Shown here: piece after piece, positions 54,171-64,000 of the stretch | Numbering within the stretch: the first letter of the stretch is position 1 | Layout of the letters: each line of letters opens with the position of its first letter | IMG/VR virus record: IMGVR_UViG_3300032236_001613 | Span: 186,001-250,000 of that record | DNA length: 64,000 bases | Reading direction: 5' to 3' (one strand) | Notes under the pieces: generated by a model | Database searches by the model: none | What the model was told of the DNA's origin: nothing | What the model saw: the letters and a program-made list of their open reading frames with translations, nothing else | Made by a program: the position numbers and the translations under genes

Positions 54171-56444
54171 ATGTTAGAACCAGATAAAGAATTGTCTAGT
54201 ATGTTTGAAACAGCTATTATGGTAGCTATTGATAATAAACACGAATACTTAACATTAGAACACTTCCTATACGGAATGGTTTCTAACGATGATTTTGCTG
54301 AAATGCTTAACAAATTTGGTGCCAAAGTTAACGAATTGCAGCAAAATTTAGAAATTTATATTTCAGATGAACTAGCTGACATTGCTACGCTTCAGCCCGG
54401 CCAACGCCCGAAAAAGACTAATATGATCGAGCGTATGCTTAATCGTGCTTTTACACAAGTATTATTCAGCGGGAGGCACGAAATTTCACCAATTGACTGC
54501 TTAATTAGTTTGTTTGCAGAAAAGCATAGTCATGCAAACTACTTTATGAGGAAAGCAGGAATTGAAAAAGATAAGTTCTTAGAATTCTTCATGAAAGATC
54601 ATTCAGTAGTCGAAGAAAAAGAAGCAAACGACACAAATGATAAGCATCTAGAAAAATTCTTAGTTCAATATTGCACAAATCTCTCAGCAAAAGCTAAGAA
54701 CAAGCAAATCGATCCTGTGATTGGAAGAGAAAAAGAAATCGAAGAACTAACACTAATCTTAGCACGTCGTTCAAAGTCAAATGTTATGTTGATTGGCGAT
54801 CCCGGTGTAGGTAAAACAGCTATTGCCGAAGGTGTTGCAAAGAAGATTTTCGAAGGCAACGTTCCTAAGTTTATTCAAGATCATACTGTATATGCTTTAG
54901 ATATTGCAGCAATGCTTGCAGGAAGTAAGTATCGAGGCGATTTTGAGGAACGACTCAAAGCTGTTCTAAATGCACTTGAAAAGAAAAAGAATTGCATATT
55001 GTTTATCGACGAAGCTCACATGATGAGCGGAGCAGGAGCAGTAAGTGGCAGCAGTAATGATATGAGCAATATGCTTAAACCGGCATTAACAAAAAGTTCT
55101 ATTAAAGTAATTGCTTCGACTACTTGGGAAGAGTTCCGCAAGCATTTTGAAAAAGACCGTGCACTGATGCGTAGATTCCAACGTGTTATAGTTAATGAGC
55201 CAGACGAAGAAACTGCTATTAAAATTGTTAGCGGCGTTAAAAAGTATTACGAAAAGCATCATAGCGTTAAAATTACCAAGCAAGCAGTAGTTGATAGTGT
55301 TAAGTATTCTATTAAGTATATGAGTGATAAAAAGCTACCTGATAAAGCATTGGATTTAATTGATTGTGCAAGTGCAAGATTTAAGTTGCGTGACGAAGAA
55401 GGTGGCATTGTCGACCATGACGAAATTGTTTTTGAAGTAGCTAAAATTACCGGCTTGCCTTTAGATCAAATTGCTGCTAAAGAATCAAATAATCTTCAAA
55501 ATCTTGAAAAGAATATGAAGCTAAATCTATTCGGTCAAGAAACCGCAGTTGATGCACTACTTGATAAAATCTTTATTGCACAAGCTGGTTTAAAATCAAT
55601 TAATCGTCCAATTGGTAACTTCTTGTTTGTAGGACCTACTGGTGTAGGTAAGACTGAGGCAGCAAAACAGCTAGCGTCAAACATGGGAGTTTCACTGGTG
55701 CGTTTTGATATGAGCGAGTATCAAGAACAACATTCGGTCGCTAAGTTTATTGGTAGCCCTCCAGGATATGTAGGGTTTGAAGATAATGCTGGTCAATTAA
55801 TTACTAAATTACAAGAGAATCCAAACGGAATTCTATTGTTTGACGAAATTGAAAAAGCTCATCCTAGTGTTGTTACAGTGCTATTGCAATTAATGGATAA
55901 TGGATTTGTTACTGGAAGTAACGGTAAACGTGCCGACGGTAGAAATGCTATTGTTATTATGACTAGTAACTTAGGTGCATCTGACGCTGATAAAAATTCA
56001 GTTGGGTTTGGCAACCTTGAAAAAGAATACGATCCTAAAGATGCTGTTAATAAGTTCTTTTCCCCAGAATTTAGAAACCGTTTAGACGGTATTATTAAAT
56101 TTGGTAAGCTTGATCATAGTACGATGGTTAAAGTTGTTAATAAATTTATTGGTGAACTTAACTCGCTGGTTAAAGATCGTAACGTACACGTTAAGCCTAC
56201 AGCCGAAGCTATTGAATTTTTGATTAAGAAAGGATTCAATAATAAGATGGGTGCAAGACCATTACAACGAACTATTGACGAGTACGTTAAACGCCCACTA
56301 AGTAAAGAAATACTATTTGGAAAACTTGTTAATGGCGGAATTGTAGAAGTTGACGTAATTAACGATGCATTAGTATTAAACTATGTCGATGTTTTGCCAG
56401 TTGTAAAAGTGGAAACAGATGAAAATCAAGAGATTGAAAACTAA
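54171..56444 (+). CDS. clpA: ClpA-family AAA+ unfoldase
   Basis: HEYLTLEH N-domain, GDPGVGKT and GPTGVGKT, VGF loop. Confidence 0.93.
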   Translation: MLEPDKELSSMFETAIMVAIDNKHEYLTLEHFLYGMVSNDDFAEMLNKFGAKVNELQQNLEIYISDELADIATLQPGQRPKKTNMIERMLNRAFTQVLFSGRHEISPIDCLISLFAEKHSHANYFMRKAGIEKDKFLEFFMKDHSVVEEKEANDTNDKHLEKFLVQYCTNLSAKAKNKQIDPVIGREKEIEELTLILARRSKSNVMLIGDPGVGKTAIAEGVAKKIFEGNVPKFIQDHTVYALDIAAMLAGSKYRGDFEERLKAVLNALEKKKNCILFIDEAHMMSGAGAVSGSSNDMSNMLKPALTKSSIKVIASTTWEEFRKHFEKDRALMRRFQRVIVNEPDEETAIKIVSGVKKYYEKHHSVKITKQAVVDSVKYSIKYMSDKKLPDKALDLIDCASARFKLRDEEGGIVDHDEIVFEVAKITGLPLDQIAAKESNNLQNLEKNMKLNLFGQETAVDALLDKIFIAQAGLKSINRPIGNFLFVGPTGVGKTEAAKQLASNMGVSLVRFDMSEYQEQHSVAKFIGSPPGYVGFEDNAGQLITKLQENPNGILLFDEIEKAHPSVVTVLLQLMDNGFVTGSNGKRADGRNAIVIMTSNLGASDADKNSVGFGNLEKEYDPKDAVNKFFSPEFRNRLDGIIKFGKLDHSTMVKVVNKFIGELNSLVKDRNVHVKPTAEAIEFLIKKGFNNKMGARPLQRTIDEYVKRPLSKEILFGKLVNGGIVEVDVINDALVLNYVDVLPVVKVETDENQEIEN

Positions 56445-57072
56445 AAAACTATTTTATAATAAATGGATTTATAAAATTCAATGTGTAGTTAACGGAGGGT
56501 GGTATCTAAGCATGCCACCTAGCCGTTATTCGTATTGGATTGGTAAAATGAAACCAGATTCAGCCCAAGAATTAGATATTGTTAAATCAAAACTAAGTAT
56601 TTTTGCTGATAAAGAAATAAAATTAAGATTTGAATATAATCGTATTAGTATATTTTGTAATGATCGGGCAATATTTACAGATATAGAAGCGACCCTTAAT
56701 GATTGGATAGAGCAAATTTATGAACCGGAGAACGATAAAGAGCAAGATTTTTTATTAAACTCAGGAAGACGTAAACGTCTTTGTAAAATTTATCCAAAAG
56801 GGATGTATCGATACAAAGCGTATTTTAATACAAGAGCAATGAATTCAGATGTAAGAACATCATTCTACGAATGGTTCGTTAAGTACGATGCTAGTAAAAT
56901 GTCCATTCCTAATAAAACAAAAAGATGGCTAACAGGGTTGGACTTTTACGGTGCAACTCCTTTTATGTACGTATCTGATCAAAAAATGCTAGCTTTGGCA
57001 TCAATGCGATTAGGTAACGGAATTAGAATGATTGAAGAGTTTATACTAGAAAATGACATAAATACTGGATAG
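56419..57072 (+). CDS. Hypothetical protein
   Basis: ORF. Confidence 0.6.
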   Translation: MKIKRLKTKKLFYNKWIYKIQCVVNGGWYLSMPPSRYSYWIGKMKPDSAQELDIVKSKLSIFADKEIKLRFEYNRISIFCNDRAIFTDIEATLNDWIEQIYEPENDKEQDFLLNSGRRKRLCKIYPKGMYRYKAYFNTRAMNSDVRTSFYEWFVKYDASKMSIPNKTKRWLTGLDFYGATPFMYVSDQKMLALASMRLGNGIRMIEEFILENDINTG

Positions 57073-57081
57073 GAAACTCTT

Positions 57082-57501
57082 ATGCCAGCTTTAAGTAGTC
57101 AATTTCAATTTATTATAAACAGTGGTTCGTTCACAACAACTACGGTAGCTATACCATCAGCTGCAATTGCTCCAGATGGAACTGCTAATTTTTATTCTAT
57201 TCCTCAAAAAGGCGATGGATACTTTGGAGCAGCTGATGGACTACATACTGTCACTTATACAGTTACTCCAAACTTTTCCGGTAGCTTGAGTATGCAAGCT
57301 ACTCTAGCTACTAATCCCGGCAATGTTGATTGGTTTACAGTAGCGAATTCAACTGTAACTTATACGTTTCCTATCGTTCCAGCAACTACCACTACAAATT
57401 ATGTAAACTTTACAGGTAATTTTGTATGGGTAAGAGCAGTAGTAAATAGAGACGGAACGAATCCAAACGGTACTGTAAACTTTATAAACTACAATCACTA
57501 A
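57082..57501 (+). CDS. Putative virion structural beta-sandwich protein
   Basis: KGDGYFG..DGLHTV, NFTGNFVWVRA; TAAATA upstream. Confidence 0.55.
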   Translation: MPALSSQFQFIINSGSFTTTTVAIPSAAIAPDGTANFYSIPQKGDGYFGAADGLHTVTYTVTPNFSGSLSMQATLATNPGNVDWFTVANSTVTYTFPIVPATTTTNYVNFTGNFVWVRAVVNRDGTNPNGTVNFINYNH

Positions 57502-57552
57502 ATTTTCTTTAATTAAAAATACATAAATACTTCATGTTCATTGGAGTATAAG

Positions 57553-58587
57553 ATGAATCTTAACGAAATTAGTAGCGAACTTGCTAAACGTGTCTCAAAG
57601 CTTCGTAAATTACAGCAATTACAATCTACAGTTAAAGGATTATCGTCATTACATGGCGATGAAGTAGCAAAACATTCTCAAGATGCAGATATGTATTTAA
57701 ATAAAGCCAAGGCTGCTAAAGCATATGCTAATAAACCAACAAAGATTAGGGAGTCATACTCAGCTAAAACAGAAAAAAGAATAAAAGATTTAGAAAGAAT
57801 TGTAAAAGAAGAAATTCGCTTACTTAGACAAGAAATATTAGAACATGATAAAAATTTAAACGAGAAATGGAGCAAAAAATATAAACGTAGTATTAATTGC
57901 TCACACCCTAAAGGATTTAGTCAACGTGCTCACTGTGCTGGAAAGAAAAAGCATAACGAAAGTGCTGTGATGGAAATGATCTGTCCTGATTGCGGAATGT
58001 GCAAGACACATAGCAATCTTAATGAAGATAAGAAAAGACAAATGAGTCGAGCTGCTAAGGGCACTATGAAATACGGCAAAGACGGAATGAAGGCTCTTGC
58101 AAAAGCTGGAAAAGATGGTGCTAGTGAGAAAAAGCTAGACACTATCCGCGACAAATACAATCAATATGACGAAAGTGCAGAGCAAAGACAACTTGAAAAA
58201 AGTTTTGACCTTATTGAACAGATGGTTGAATCTTTAGCTCTAGAGTATAACGTAGATCCTGAGATAATTTGGGAAAAATTTGAAAAAGTTAGCGATCGTA
58301 CTTTATTAAAAGAAGCTGCAGCCTGGCAAAAGAAATCAGGTAAGAACAAAAACGGCGGATTAAACAAGAAAGGTGTTGCAAGCTATCGTAGAGAGCATCC
58401 TGGAAGTAAATTGCAGACTGCCGTTACTACTAAACCGAGCAAACTTAAAAAAGGAAGTAAAGCTAGTAAACGCCGCAAGAGTTTTTGTGCTCGCATGAAA
58501 GGTATGAAGAAAAAACGTACTGGAGCTAAAACTAAGAGAGATCCAAATAGTCGTATAAACAAATCTTTAAGAAAGTGGAATTGCTAA
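57553..58587 (+). CDS. Basic modular protein, probable internal head protein
   Basis: Short Lys-rich modules separated by LNE/IRE/LKE motifs; RRKSFCARM...LRKWNC. Confidence 0.6.
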   Translation: MNLNEISSELAKRVSKLRKLQQLQSTVKGLSSLHGDEVAKHSQDADMYLNKAKAAKAYANKPTKIRESYSAKTEKRIKDLERIVKEEIRLLRQEILEHDKNLNEKWSKKYKRSINCSHPKGFSQRAHCAGKKKHNESAVMEMICPDCGMCKTHSNLNEDKKRQMSRAAKGTMKYGKDGMKALAKAGKDGASEKKLDTIRDKYNQYDESAEQRQLEKSFDLIEQMVESLALEYNVDPEIIWEKFEKVSDRTLLKEAAAWQKKSGKNKNGGLNKKGVASYRREHPGSKLQTAVTTKPSKLKKGSKASKRRKSFCARMKGMKKKRTGAKTKRDPNSRINKSLRKWNC

Positions 58588-58588
58588 T

Positions 58589-59191
58589 ATGAGAGATGAA
58601 GATAAACAAATAAGAGATCAAGCTTATCAAAAAGATAAGTCTAAATTAGCCGATGAATTATTTTGGTTTATACTCGACCATGATAAACTTCATAAAGAAC
58701 ATTTTATGCCTTTAGCAAAGAGAATTAAAAAAGCTCAAAAAGAAAAAAACTTCGACCATAAGGATTATATCAAAGAATGGCTACCTATGGTTGATAAAGC
58801 ATGTTTAGAATACTATAAATTAAACCAGCTCGAAGGTGCTCCAAAAGATGTTTTTACTAAAGAATTTCGTAGAGACATGTGTCATCGTTTAGCTGACCAA
58901 CACCATAGAGATATTGAAAGTGGTGAATATGTTTTAGGTGAATCAGGGCAAGCACAAATGGCCGGCCCAAGTGGTCCACAGTACGACACAACAGGCAATC
59001 AAAGATTAGAATCACAAAAACAGAGATTGGATCCAAAATGCTGGAAAGGATATCGTAAATCAGGAACAAAACTTAAAAGTCGTGGCAAAGGTAAAGGAAA
59101 GATTAGAGTCAATAATTGTGTAAAAGTAAGTGAATCTTGGGAAGCAGAGATTTCTAAGTATGTTCAGCTATTAGAAAAAAAATATAGGTAA
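58589..59191 (+). CDS. Hypothetical protein with CWKGY module
   Basis: CWKGYRKSGTK...VNNCVK. Confidence 0.6.
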   Translation: MRDEDKQIRDQAYQKDKSKLADELFWFILDHDKLHKEHFMPLAKRIKKAQKEKNFDHKDYIKEWLPMVDKACLEYYKLNQLEGAPKDVFTKEFRRDMCHRLADQHHRDIESGEYVLGESGQAQMAGPSGPQYDTTGNQRLESQKQRLDPKCWKGYRKSGTKLKSRGKGKGKIRVNNCVKVSESWEAEISKYVQLLEKKYR

Positions 59192-59198
59192 CATTATA

Positions 59199-59558
59199 AT
59201 GAGAGCTAGTGAATTTATAAAAGAAGATAAACTTAGAAAAGGCGCTGTAGCTGCTGTGCCAGATATGAGAGTACATCCTGGATTAGATAACTCTAGCCCA
59301 TATGCTCCATGGCGATTTGGAATTGCATTAGCAGGATCTCCTGATTTTGATATGGACAAAGAAGGGCCAACTGGTCAGAAACTTGTAACAATAGCTTACA
59401 CCGATGCCGATGCGGAGATTATTAAAGCTACAGAAAAATTTATGGGGTCAAAAGGTAGTAATGTTACTACTGCCGGTAGCCAGGAATTAGAATTTGTTAA
59501 TAAAGTAAGTCCTGTGTCTTCTTGGAATAACAAGAAGAAAGGTAAGAAAAAGAAATGA
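59199..59558 (+). CDS. Probable internal head protein
   Basis: N-terminus MRASEFIKE. Confidence 0.55.
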   Translation: MRASEFIKEDKLRKGAVAAVPDMRVHPGLDNSSPYAPWRFGIALAGSPDFDMDKEGPTGQKLVTIAYTDADAEIIKATEKFMGSKGSNVTTAGSQELEFVNKVSPVSSWNNKKKGKKKK

Positions 59559-59956
59559 AAATAAGAGAACTAATGGAAGGTGTAATGCAGACAGGAGACC
59601 CGGGAATGGGTACTCCTGAAGCTAATAAAGCTGGATGGGGATCGGGTAATTACACTAGTCAACGTCCGGGATCTTGGAACGGCACTGCAGAAGATACAAG
59701 CAATACTCCTAAATCTAAAAAAGTAAAAAAAGTAAAAGAAGCAGCTACCTCCGGTGCAACTAGTTCGGGATCAATCGCTACTGTTGCTAATCCACAATTA
59801 AGTCCAGGTCCTGCACGCGGCAAGAAATCATATACTGGCACACCCGGACATAGTGGAACTAAAGCTCCTCCGCAGCCCAAACCAAAGAATAACACCGGAA
59901 AAAATGCTCTCGATATGAAGGGAGTTAGTATTTTTGGTCAACCAATCAAGAGATAA
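59555..59956 (+). CDS. Probable internal head protein
   Basis: N-terminus MKIRELME; VKEAATSGATS. Confidence 0.55.
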   Translation: MKIRELMEGVMQTGDPGMGTPEANKAGWGSGNYTSQRPGSWNGTAEDTSNTPKSKKVKKVKEAATSGATSSGSIATVANPQLSPGPARGKKSYTGTPGHSGTKAPPQPKPKNNTGKNALDMKGVSIFGQPIKR

Positions 59957-59959
59957 ACT

Positions 59960-60457
59960 ATGAAAAAGAAAAATCTAGTAGCAAAACATGCAAAGTCAAC
60001 TACATCAGGCGCAGGCCCACATAAGGATCGTAAAAAAGCTATGAAAAAAGGCGAAACAAAACATAAAAAGAAATATGTTGAAAACTTTGATGGTGGCGAA
60101 GAATATAATGACGAAGCCGGTATGCTCAAGACTAATCTGCATACTATGATGAGAGCATGTAAAGGACTACATAATCTTGTTAGTTCTGATGAAAATTTAC
60201 CTGAATGGGCTCAAGAAAAAGTTGCACAAGCAAAAGGCATGTTAGTTGCAGTATGGGATTATATGGAAAGCCAGCACGAAGAAGGTAACGTCTATACCAA
60301 CGAAGCAACAAAAAAATCTTTAAAAAATCATCCATGGAAAGGATCCAAAGCTATTGCGGATAAAAATCGTTTAAAATCCGAAAAAGAAAAATCTAAAAAG
60401 TCATACAATGATAAATTAGCCGAATCATTAGAAAGAGCACTGCGTAAATTAAAATAA
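59960..60457 (+). CDS. Basic hypothetical protein
   Basis: ORF, LPEWAQEKV module. Confidence 0.6.
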   Translation: MKKKNLVAKHAKSTTSGAGPHKDRKKAMKKGETKHKKKYVENFDGGEEYNDEAGMLKTNLHTMMRACKGLHNLVSSDENLPEWAQEKVAQAKGMLVAVWDYMESQHEEGNVYTNEATKKSLKNHPWKGSKAIADKNRLKSEKEKSKKSYNDKLAESLERALRKLK

Positions 60458-60510
60458 TAATTGACTTGTTAGTGTAGATCTCATATAGTATCTCTACAAG
60501 GAGAATAATA

Positions 60511-60786
60511 ATGAGTAAAGTATTCGGCGACCCAGAAAAACAAAAGCTTAAGCAAATTGTTTCTGAGGGTGTTACTGTTAAACAGGAAATTCAAGTGCTT
60601 ACAGAAGGTCTTAATGATACTATTAAGTCTATCGCAGAAGAGCTTGATATTTCGGCTGGCGAAATTAAGCAGGCAATCAATATTGCCCTCAAAGGAAATT
60701 GGGATCAAGTTTGGAAGAAGTTCGATACTATCGAAACTATTCTTGATATTACTGGTCATGCAGTCCGAAAGGAGGACGAGGTATGA
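60511..60786 (+). CDS. Small putative DNA-binding protein (T4 DsbA-like)
   Basis: Size and helical pattern; promoter 60461-60489. Confidence 0.45.
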   Translation: MSKVFGDPEKQKLKQIVSEGVTVKQEIQVLTEGLNDTIKSIAEELDISAGEIKQAINIALKGNWDQVWKKFDTIETILDITGHAVRKEDEV

Positions 60787-61142
60787 GTGATTATTGGGGA
60801 TATCATCTAATGCTTGATTGTTCGGGGTGTAATGATAATATTAAAGACCGTGAACAAATTTATCAATTCGCTAAGGAAATGGTAAAACGCATCGATATGA
60901 TTGCGCATGGCGAGCCTATTATCGAATACATGCTGCCTGGAGATCCTAAGGAAGGGTACAGTTTAATGCAGTTGATTCAAACTAGCAATATTTGTGCACA
61001 CTTTGTTAATCCTGACAATACAGCTTATATTGACATTTTTAGTTGCAAGGAATACGACATCGAGACTGCCAAGGCCGTAGTTGCAGAGTTTTTCGCTCCT
61101 ACTAAGGTTCGTGTTAATTTTATTACACGACACGCTAATTAA
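60783..61142 (+). CDS. speD: S-adenosylmethionine decarboxylase proenzyme-like
   Basis: GYHLMLD, GYS..QLIQTSNICAH, YIDIFSC. Confidence 0.8.
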   Translation: MSDYWGYHLMLDCSGCNDNIKDREQIYQFAKEMVKRIDMIAHGEPIIEYMLPGDPKEGYSLMQLIQTSNICAHFVNPDNTAYIDIFSCKEYDIETAKAVVAEFFAPTKVRVNFITRHAN

Positions 61143-61165
61143 ATAAATATTATTAGAACATGGTT

Positions 61166-61220
61166 TGGCCAGCCATAAATGGCCATTTAGACGGTCTGTG
61201 AGCCATAAATCACAAGGAGA
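61166..61220 (+). promoter_or_regulatory. Twin-hairpin translational operator candidate
   Basis: Two different stems with the identical loop GCCATAAA; the second abuts AGGAG. Confidence 0.65.
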
Positions 61221-61226
61221 AAAAAT

Positions 61227-63929
61227 ATGAGTTACGTCGATTCCATGTGGGATCGCGAAAACGATATCGTAAATGTCGTTGAACGTGATCCTGTAAAAGG
61301 AAGAATATTCCAACAATATCCAGCAAAGTATTTGTTTTATTACCCAGATGTTAAGGGTAAGCATAATAGTATATTTGGCACACCTTTAAGTAAGGTTACA
61401 TCAAGAAGTTATAAAGAACACATGAAAGAGCAAAGGATCCATAGTGGTCGTAAGCTCTTTGAAAGCGATATTAATCCAGTATTTCGATGTCTGGAAGAAA
61501 ATTATTTAGGAAAAGATGCTCCTAAATTAAACGTAGCATTTTTCGATATTGAGGTTGATTTTGATCCCGAAAGAGGTTATGCAACCCCTGATGATGCATT
61601 CATGCCAATCACTGCAATTGCAGTACATTTACAGTGGTTAGATACTTTGATATGTCTAGCTGTTCCTCCTAAGACATTAACTATGGAACAAGCTCTCGAA
61701 CAGGTAAAAGATTTTCCTAATACCATTTTGTTCCAAAATGAGTACGAGCTACTTGATACATTTTTAACTCTCATCGAAGATGCAGATGTATTGAGCGGGT
61801 GGAATTCCGAAGGATTCGATATTCCATATACTGTCAATCGAGTAATTAAAGCTCTTAGTAAAGAAGATACTAGAAGGTTTTGTCTTTGGAATCAATTTCC
61901 AAAAAGACGAGAGTACGAAAAGTATGGAAAAACTTCAGTAACTTACGATATTATAGGTCGTGTTCATCTCGACAGTCTGGCTTTATATAGAAAGTATACA
62001 TATGAAGAACGCCATAGCTGGAAGCTTGATTCAGTTGCTGAAGATGAACTTGGTGAGCGTAAAACACAGTACGAAGGTACACTTGACCAATTGTATAACA
62101 ATGATTTTAAAACATTTATTGAGTACAATAGACAAGACTGCGCAATCTTAGAAAAACTCGATAAAAAATTAAAGTTTATTGACTTAGCTAACACAATTGC
62201 ACATGAAAATACTGTGCTACTTCAAACTACAATGGGCGCCGTTGCTGTTACCGAACAAGCTATTATTAATGAGGCACATAGTTTAGGGTTGATTGTTCCT
62301 AGTCGTACTAAACAAGATGACAAGGACATTACCGACGACGATGATGGTCCATCAGATACACAAGCAGCAGGTGCTTATGTAGCATATCCTAAAAAAGGAT
62401 TACATGATTGGATTGGATCAATGGACATTAACAGTCTGTATCCATCTGTTATTCGTGCTTTAAATATGGGTCCCGAGACAATTATCGGTCAGCTAAGACA
62501 AGAATATACTAAGGCAGAAATTTCTGCTAAAATGGCAAAAGGATCTAGTTTTGCTGCTTCTTGGGAAGGCAAGTTTGGAAGTAATGAGTTCGAACTTGTT
62601 ATGTCTAAAGACATTGCACAAGACATAACTGTCGATTGGGAAGATGGCAAAAGCGATGTACTAACCGGTGCACAGATTTATTCTTTAATCTACGAAAATA
62701 ATAATCCTTGGCTGTTAAGTGCAAATGGTACTATTTTTACTGTAGAGAAGGAAGGAATTATTCCTGGCTTGCTAGCACGTTGGTATAAAGAGCGTAAAGA
62801 ACTTCAAAAGAAATTAAAAGCAGCAATTGAAGCAGGAAATAAAGTCGAAGAAGAGTACTGGGATAAAAGACAGCTAGTTAAGAAAATTAACTTAAACAGT
62901 CTTTACGGTGCAATTCTTAATCCTGGTTGCAGATTTTTTGATAATCGAATTGGGCAGTCAACAACATTAACTGGTCGTCGAATTGCTAGACATATGGCAT
63001 CAAAAATTAATGAAATTATTACCGGCGAATATAATCATGTCGGTAAAGCTATCATTTACGGCGATACTGACTCTGCATACTTTAGTGCTTACAGTACGTT
63101 AAGAAATGAAATCAATAAAGGAGTTATTCCTTGGGATAAGGATACTGTAATTCAACTTTATAATACTGTAGCTGAAGAAGTTAACAACACATTTCCTCAA
63201 TTCATGTTAGATGACTTTCATTGCCCTAAGAAGCGTGGTGAAGTTATTAAAGCAGGACGAGAAATCGTTGCTATTAAAGGACTGTTTATTACTAAAAAAC
63301 GATACGCTGTTCTTTATTATGATAAAGATGGTAAACGTCAAGACCTTGGTGGAAAGCCTGGTAAAATTAAAGCCATGGGCCTAGATCTTAAAAGAAGCGA
63401 CACACCAGAATTCATGCAAGAGTTCCTTAGCGAAATTCTAAATAAAGTACTCAACGGTGCAGGTGAGGATGAGATTTTAGAAAGGATTTCTGTCTTTAGA
63501 ACTGAATTTAAATCACGTCCAGGTTGGGAAAAAGGCAGCCCTAAAAGAGCAAATAACATTACCGATTATCAATCGAGAGAAGAAAAAGCCGGTAAAATTA
63601 ATATGCCAGGACATGTTAGAGCAAGTATTAATTGGAATACATTACGTAGAATGAACGATGACAAATATTCATTACAAATCGTTGATGGTATGAAAGTTAT
63701 TGTTTGCAAACTCATTGATAATCCAATGGGGTTTACTAGCGTGGCGTATCCAACGGACGAACAAAGACTACCAAAATGGTTTCAAGAGCTACCTTTCGCT
63801 CATTCAGAGATGGAAGGTGTCATTATTAACAATAAGCTAGAAAATCTTATCGGAGTTCTTGAATGGGATTTGAACTCAACTAAACAGGACTCAACATTTG
63901 GAAGTTTATTTTCGTTTGGATCAGAATAA
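61227..63929 (+). CDS. Family B DNA polymerase
   Basis: FDIE, GWNSEGFD, DINSLYPS, KINLNSLYG, YGDTDS, KKRY. Confidence 0.98.
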   Translation: MSYVDSMWDRENDIVNVVERDPVKGRIFQQYPAKYLFYYPDVKGKHNSIFGTPLSKVTSRSYKEHMKEQRIHSGRKLFESDINPVFRCLEENYLGKDAPKLNVAFFDIEVDFDPERGYATPDDAFMPITAIAVHLQWLDTLICLAVPPKTLTMEQALEQVKDFPNTILFQNEYELLDTFLTLIEDADVLSGWNSEGFDIPYTVNRVIKALSKEDTRRFCLWNQFPKRREYEKYGKTSVTYDIIGRVHLDSLALYRKYTYEERHSWKLDSVAEDELGERKTQYEGTLDQLYNNDFKTFIEYNRQDCAILEKLDKKLKFIDLANTIAHENTVLLQTTMGAVAVTEQAIINEAHSLGLIVPSRTKQDDKDITDDDDGPSDTQAAGAYVAYPKKGLHDWIGSMDINSLYPSVIRALNMGPETIIGQLRQEYTKAEISAKMAKGSSFAASWEGKFGSNEFELVMSKDIAQDITVDWEDGKSDVLTGAQIYSLIYENNNPWLLSANGTIFTVEKEGIIPGLLARWYKERKELQKKLKAAIEAGNKVEEEYWDKRQLVKKINLNSLYGAILNPGCRFFDNRIGQSTTLTGRRIARHMASKINEIITGEYNHVGKAIIYGDTDSAYFSAYSTLRNEINKGVIPWDKDTVIQLYNTVAEEVNNTFPQFMLDDFHCPKKRGEVIKAGREIVAIKGLFITKKRYAVLYYDKDGKRQDLGGKPGKIKAMGLDLKRSDTPEFMQEFLSEILNKVLNGAGEDEILERISVFRTEFKSRPGWEKGSPKRANNITDYQSREEKAGKINMPGHVRASINWNTLRRMNDDKYSLQIVDGMKVIVCKLIDNPMGFTSVAYPTDEQRLPKWFQELPFAHSEMEGVIINNKLENLIGVLEWDLNSTKQDSTFGSLFSFGSE

Positions 63930-63984
63930 ATTAGACATTGACTTTTTTTCGTTTTCTAAATACAATTAACAAAAGGAAATTATT

Positions 63985-64000
63985 ATGAAATCATATTTGC
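63985..64000 (+). CDS. Start of the next gene (truncated)
   Basis: AAGGA SD then ATG. Confidence 0.4.

Noticed and set aside
61227-63929. Intein or intron in the DNA polymerase
   Set aside because: The ORF is continuous at 900 aa with normally spaced motifs and no visible intein splice motifs.
1-64000. Stop-codon reassignment (TAG recoding), suggested by the CTA-loop tRNA-like gene
   Set aside because: Conserved genes are full length in the standard code and TAG ends several genes (for example at 6545, 13134, 15901, 57072).

Overview
A 64 kb, AT-rich segment of a large T4-like/jumbo dsDNA bacteriophage read in the standard genetic code. In order it holds: a surface-glycan/sugar-modification cluster (1-7.7 kb); a 12 kb tRNA array (8.1-19.8 kb) with 26 near-canonical tRNAs covering all 20 amino acids plus 3 atypical tRNA-like genes; auxiliary genes (split HldE, ClpP, QueD, UXS, UvsE, SufC/SufD-like, PhoH, DnaJ, ClpA, SpeD); tail fibre/tailspike genes; a lysis cassette; probable internal head proteins; a clamp loader; and a family B DNA polymerase. 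The most striking unexplained structure is in the tRNA array. (i) It starts with a promoter, a codon-diverse leader ORF and mutually exclusive antiterminator/terminator hairpins, which looks like a translation-sensing attenuator. (ii) Three copies of a conserved ncRNA scaffold (AGGATRC-YWCAGCAA...GYATCCTG) each display a different anticodon stem-loop, and one copy carries a whole circularly permuted tRNA. (iii) Two HNH genes each sit between a truncated tRNA 5' end and an intact tRNA of apparently the same isotype. Together these suggest a system that senses and counters host tRNA destruction; that is inference. All structures were read by eye, with no folding or database search.
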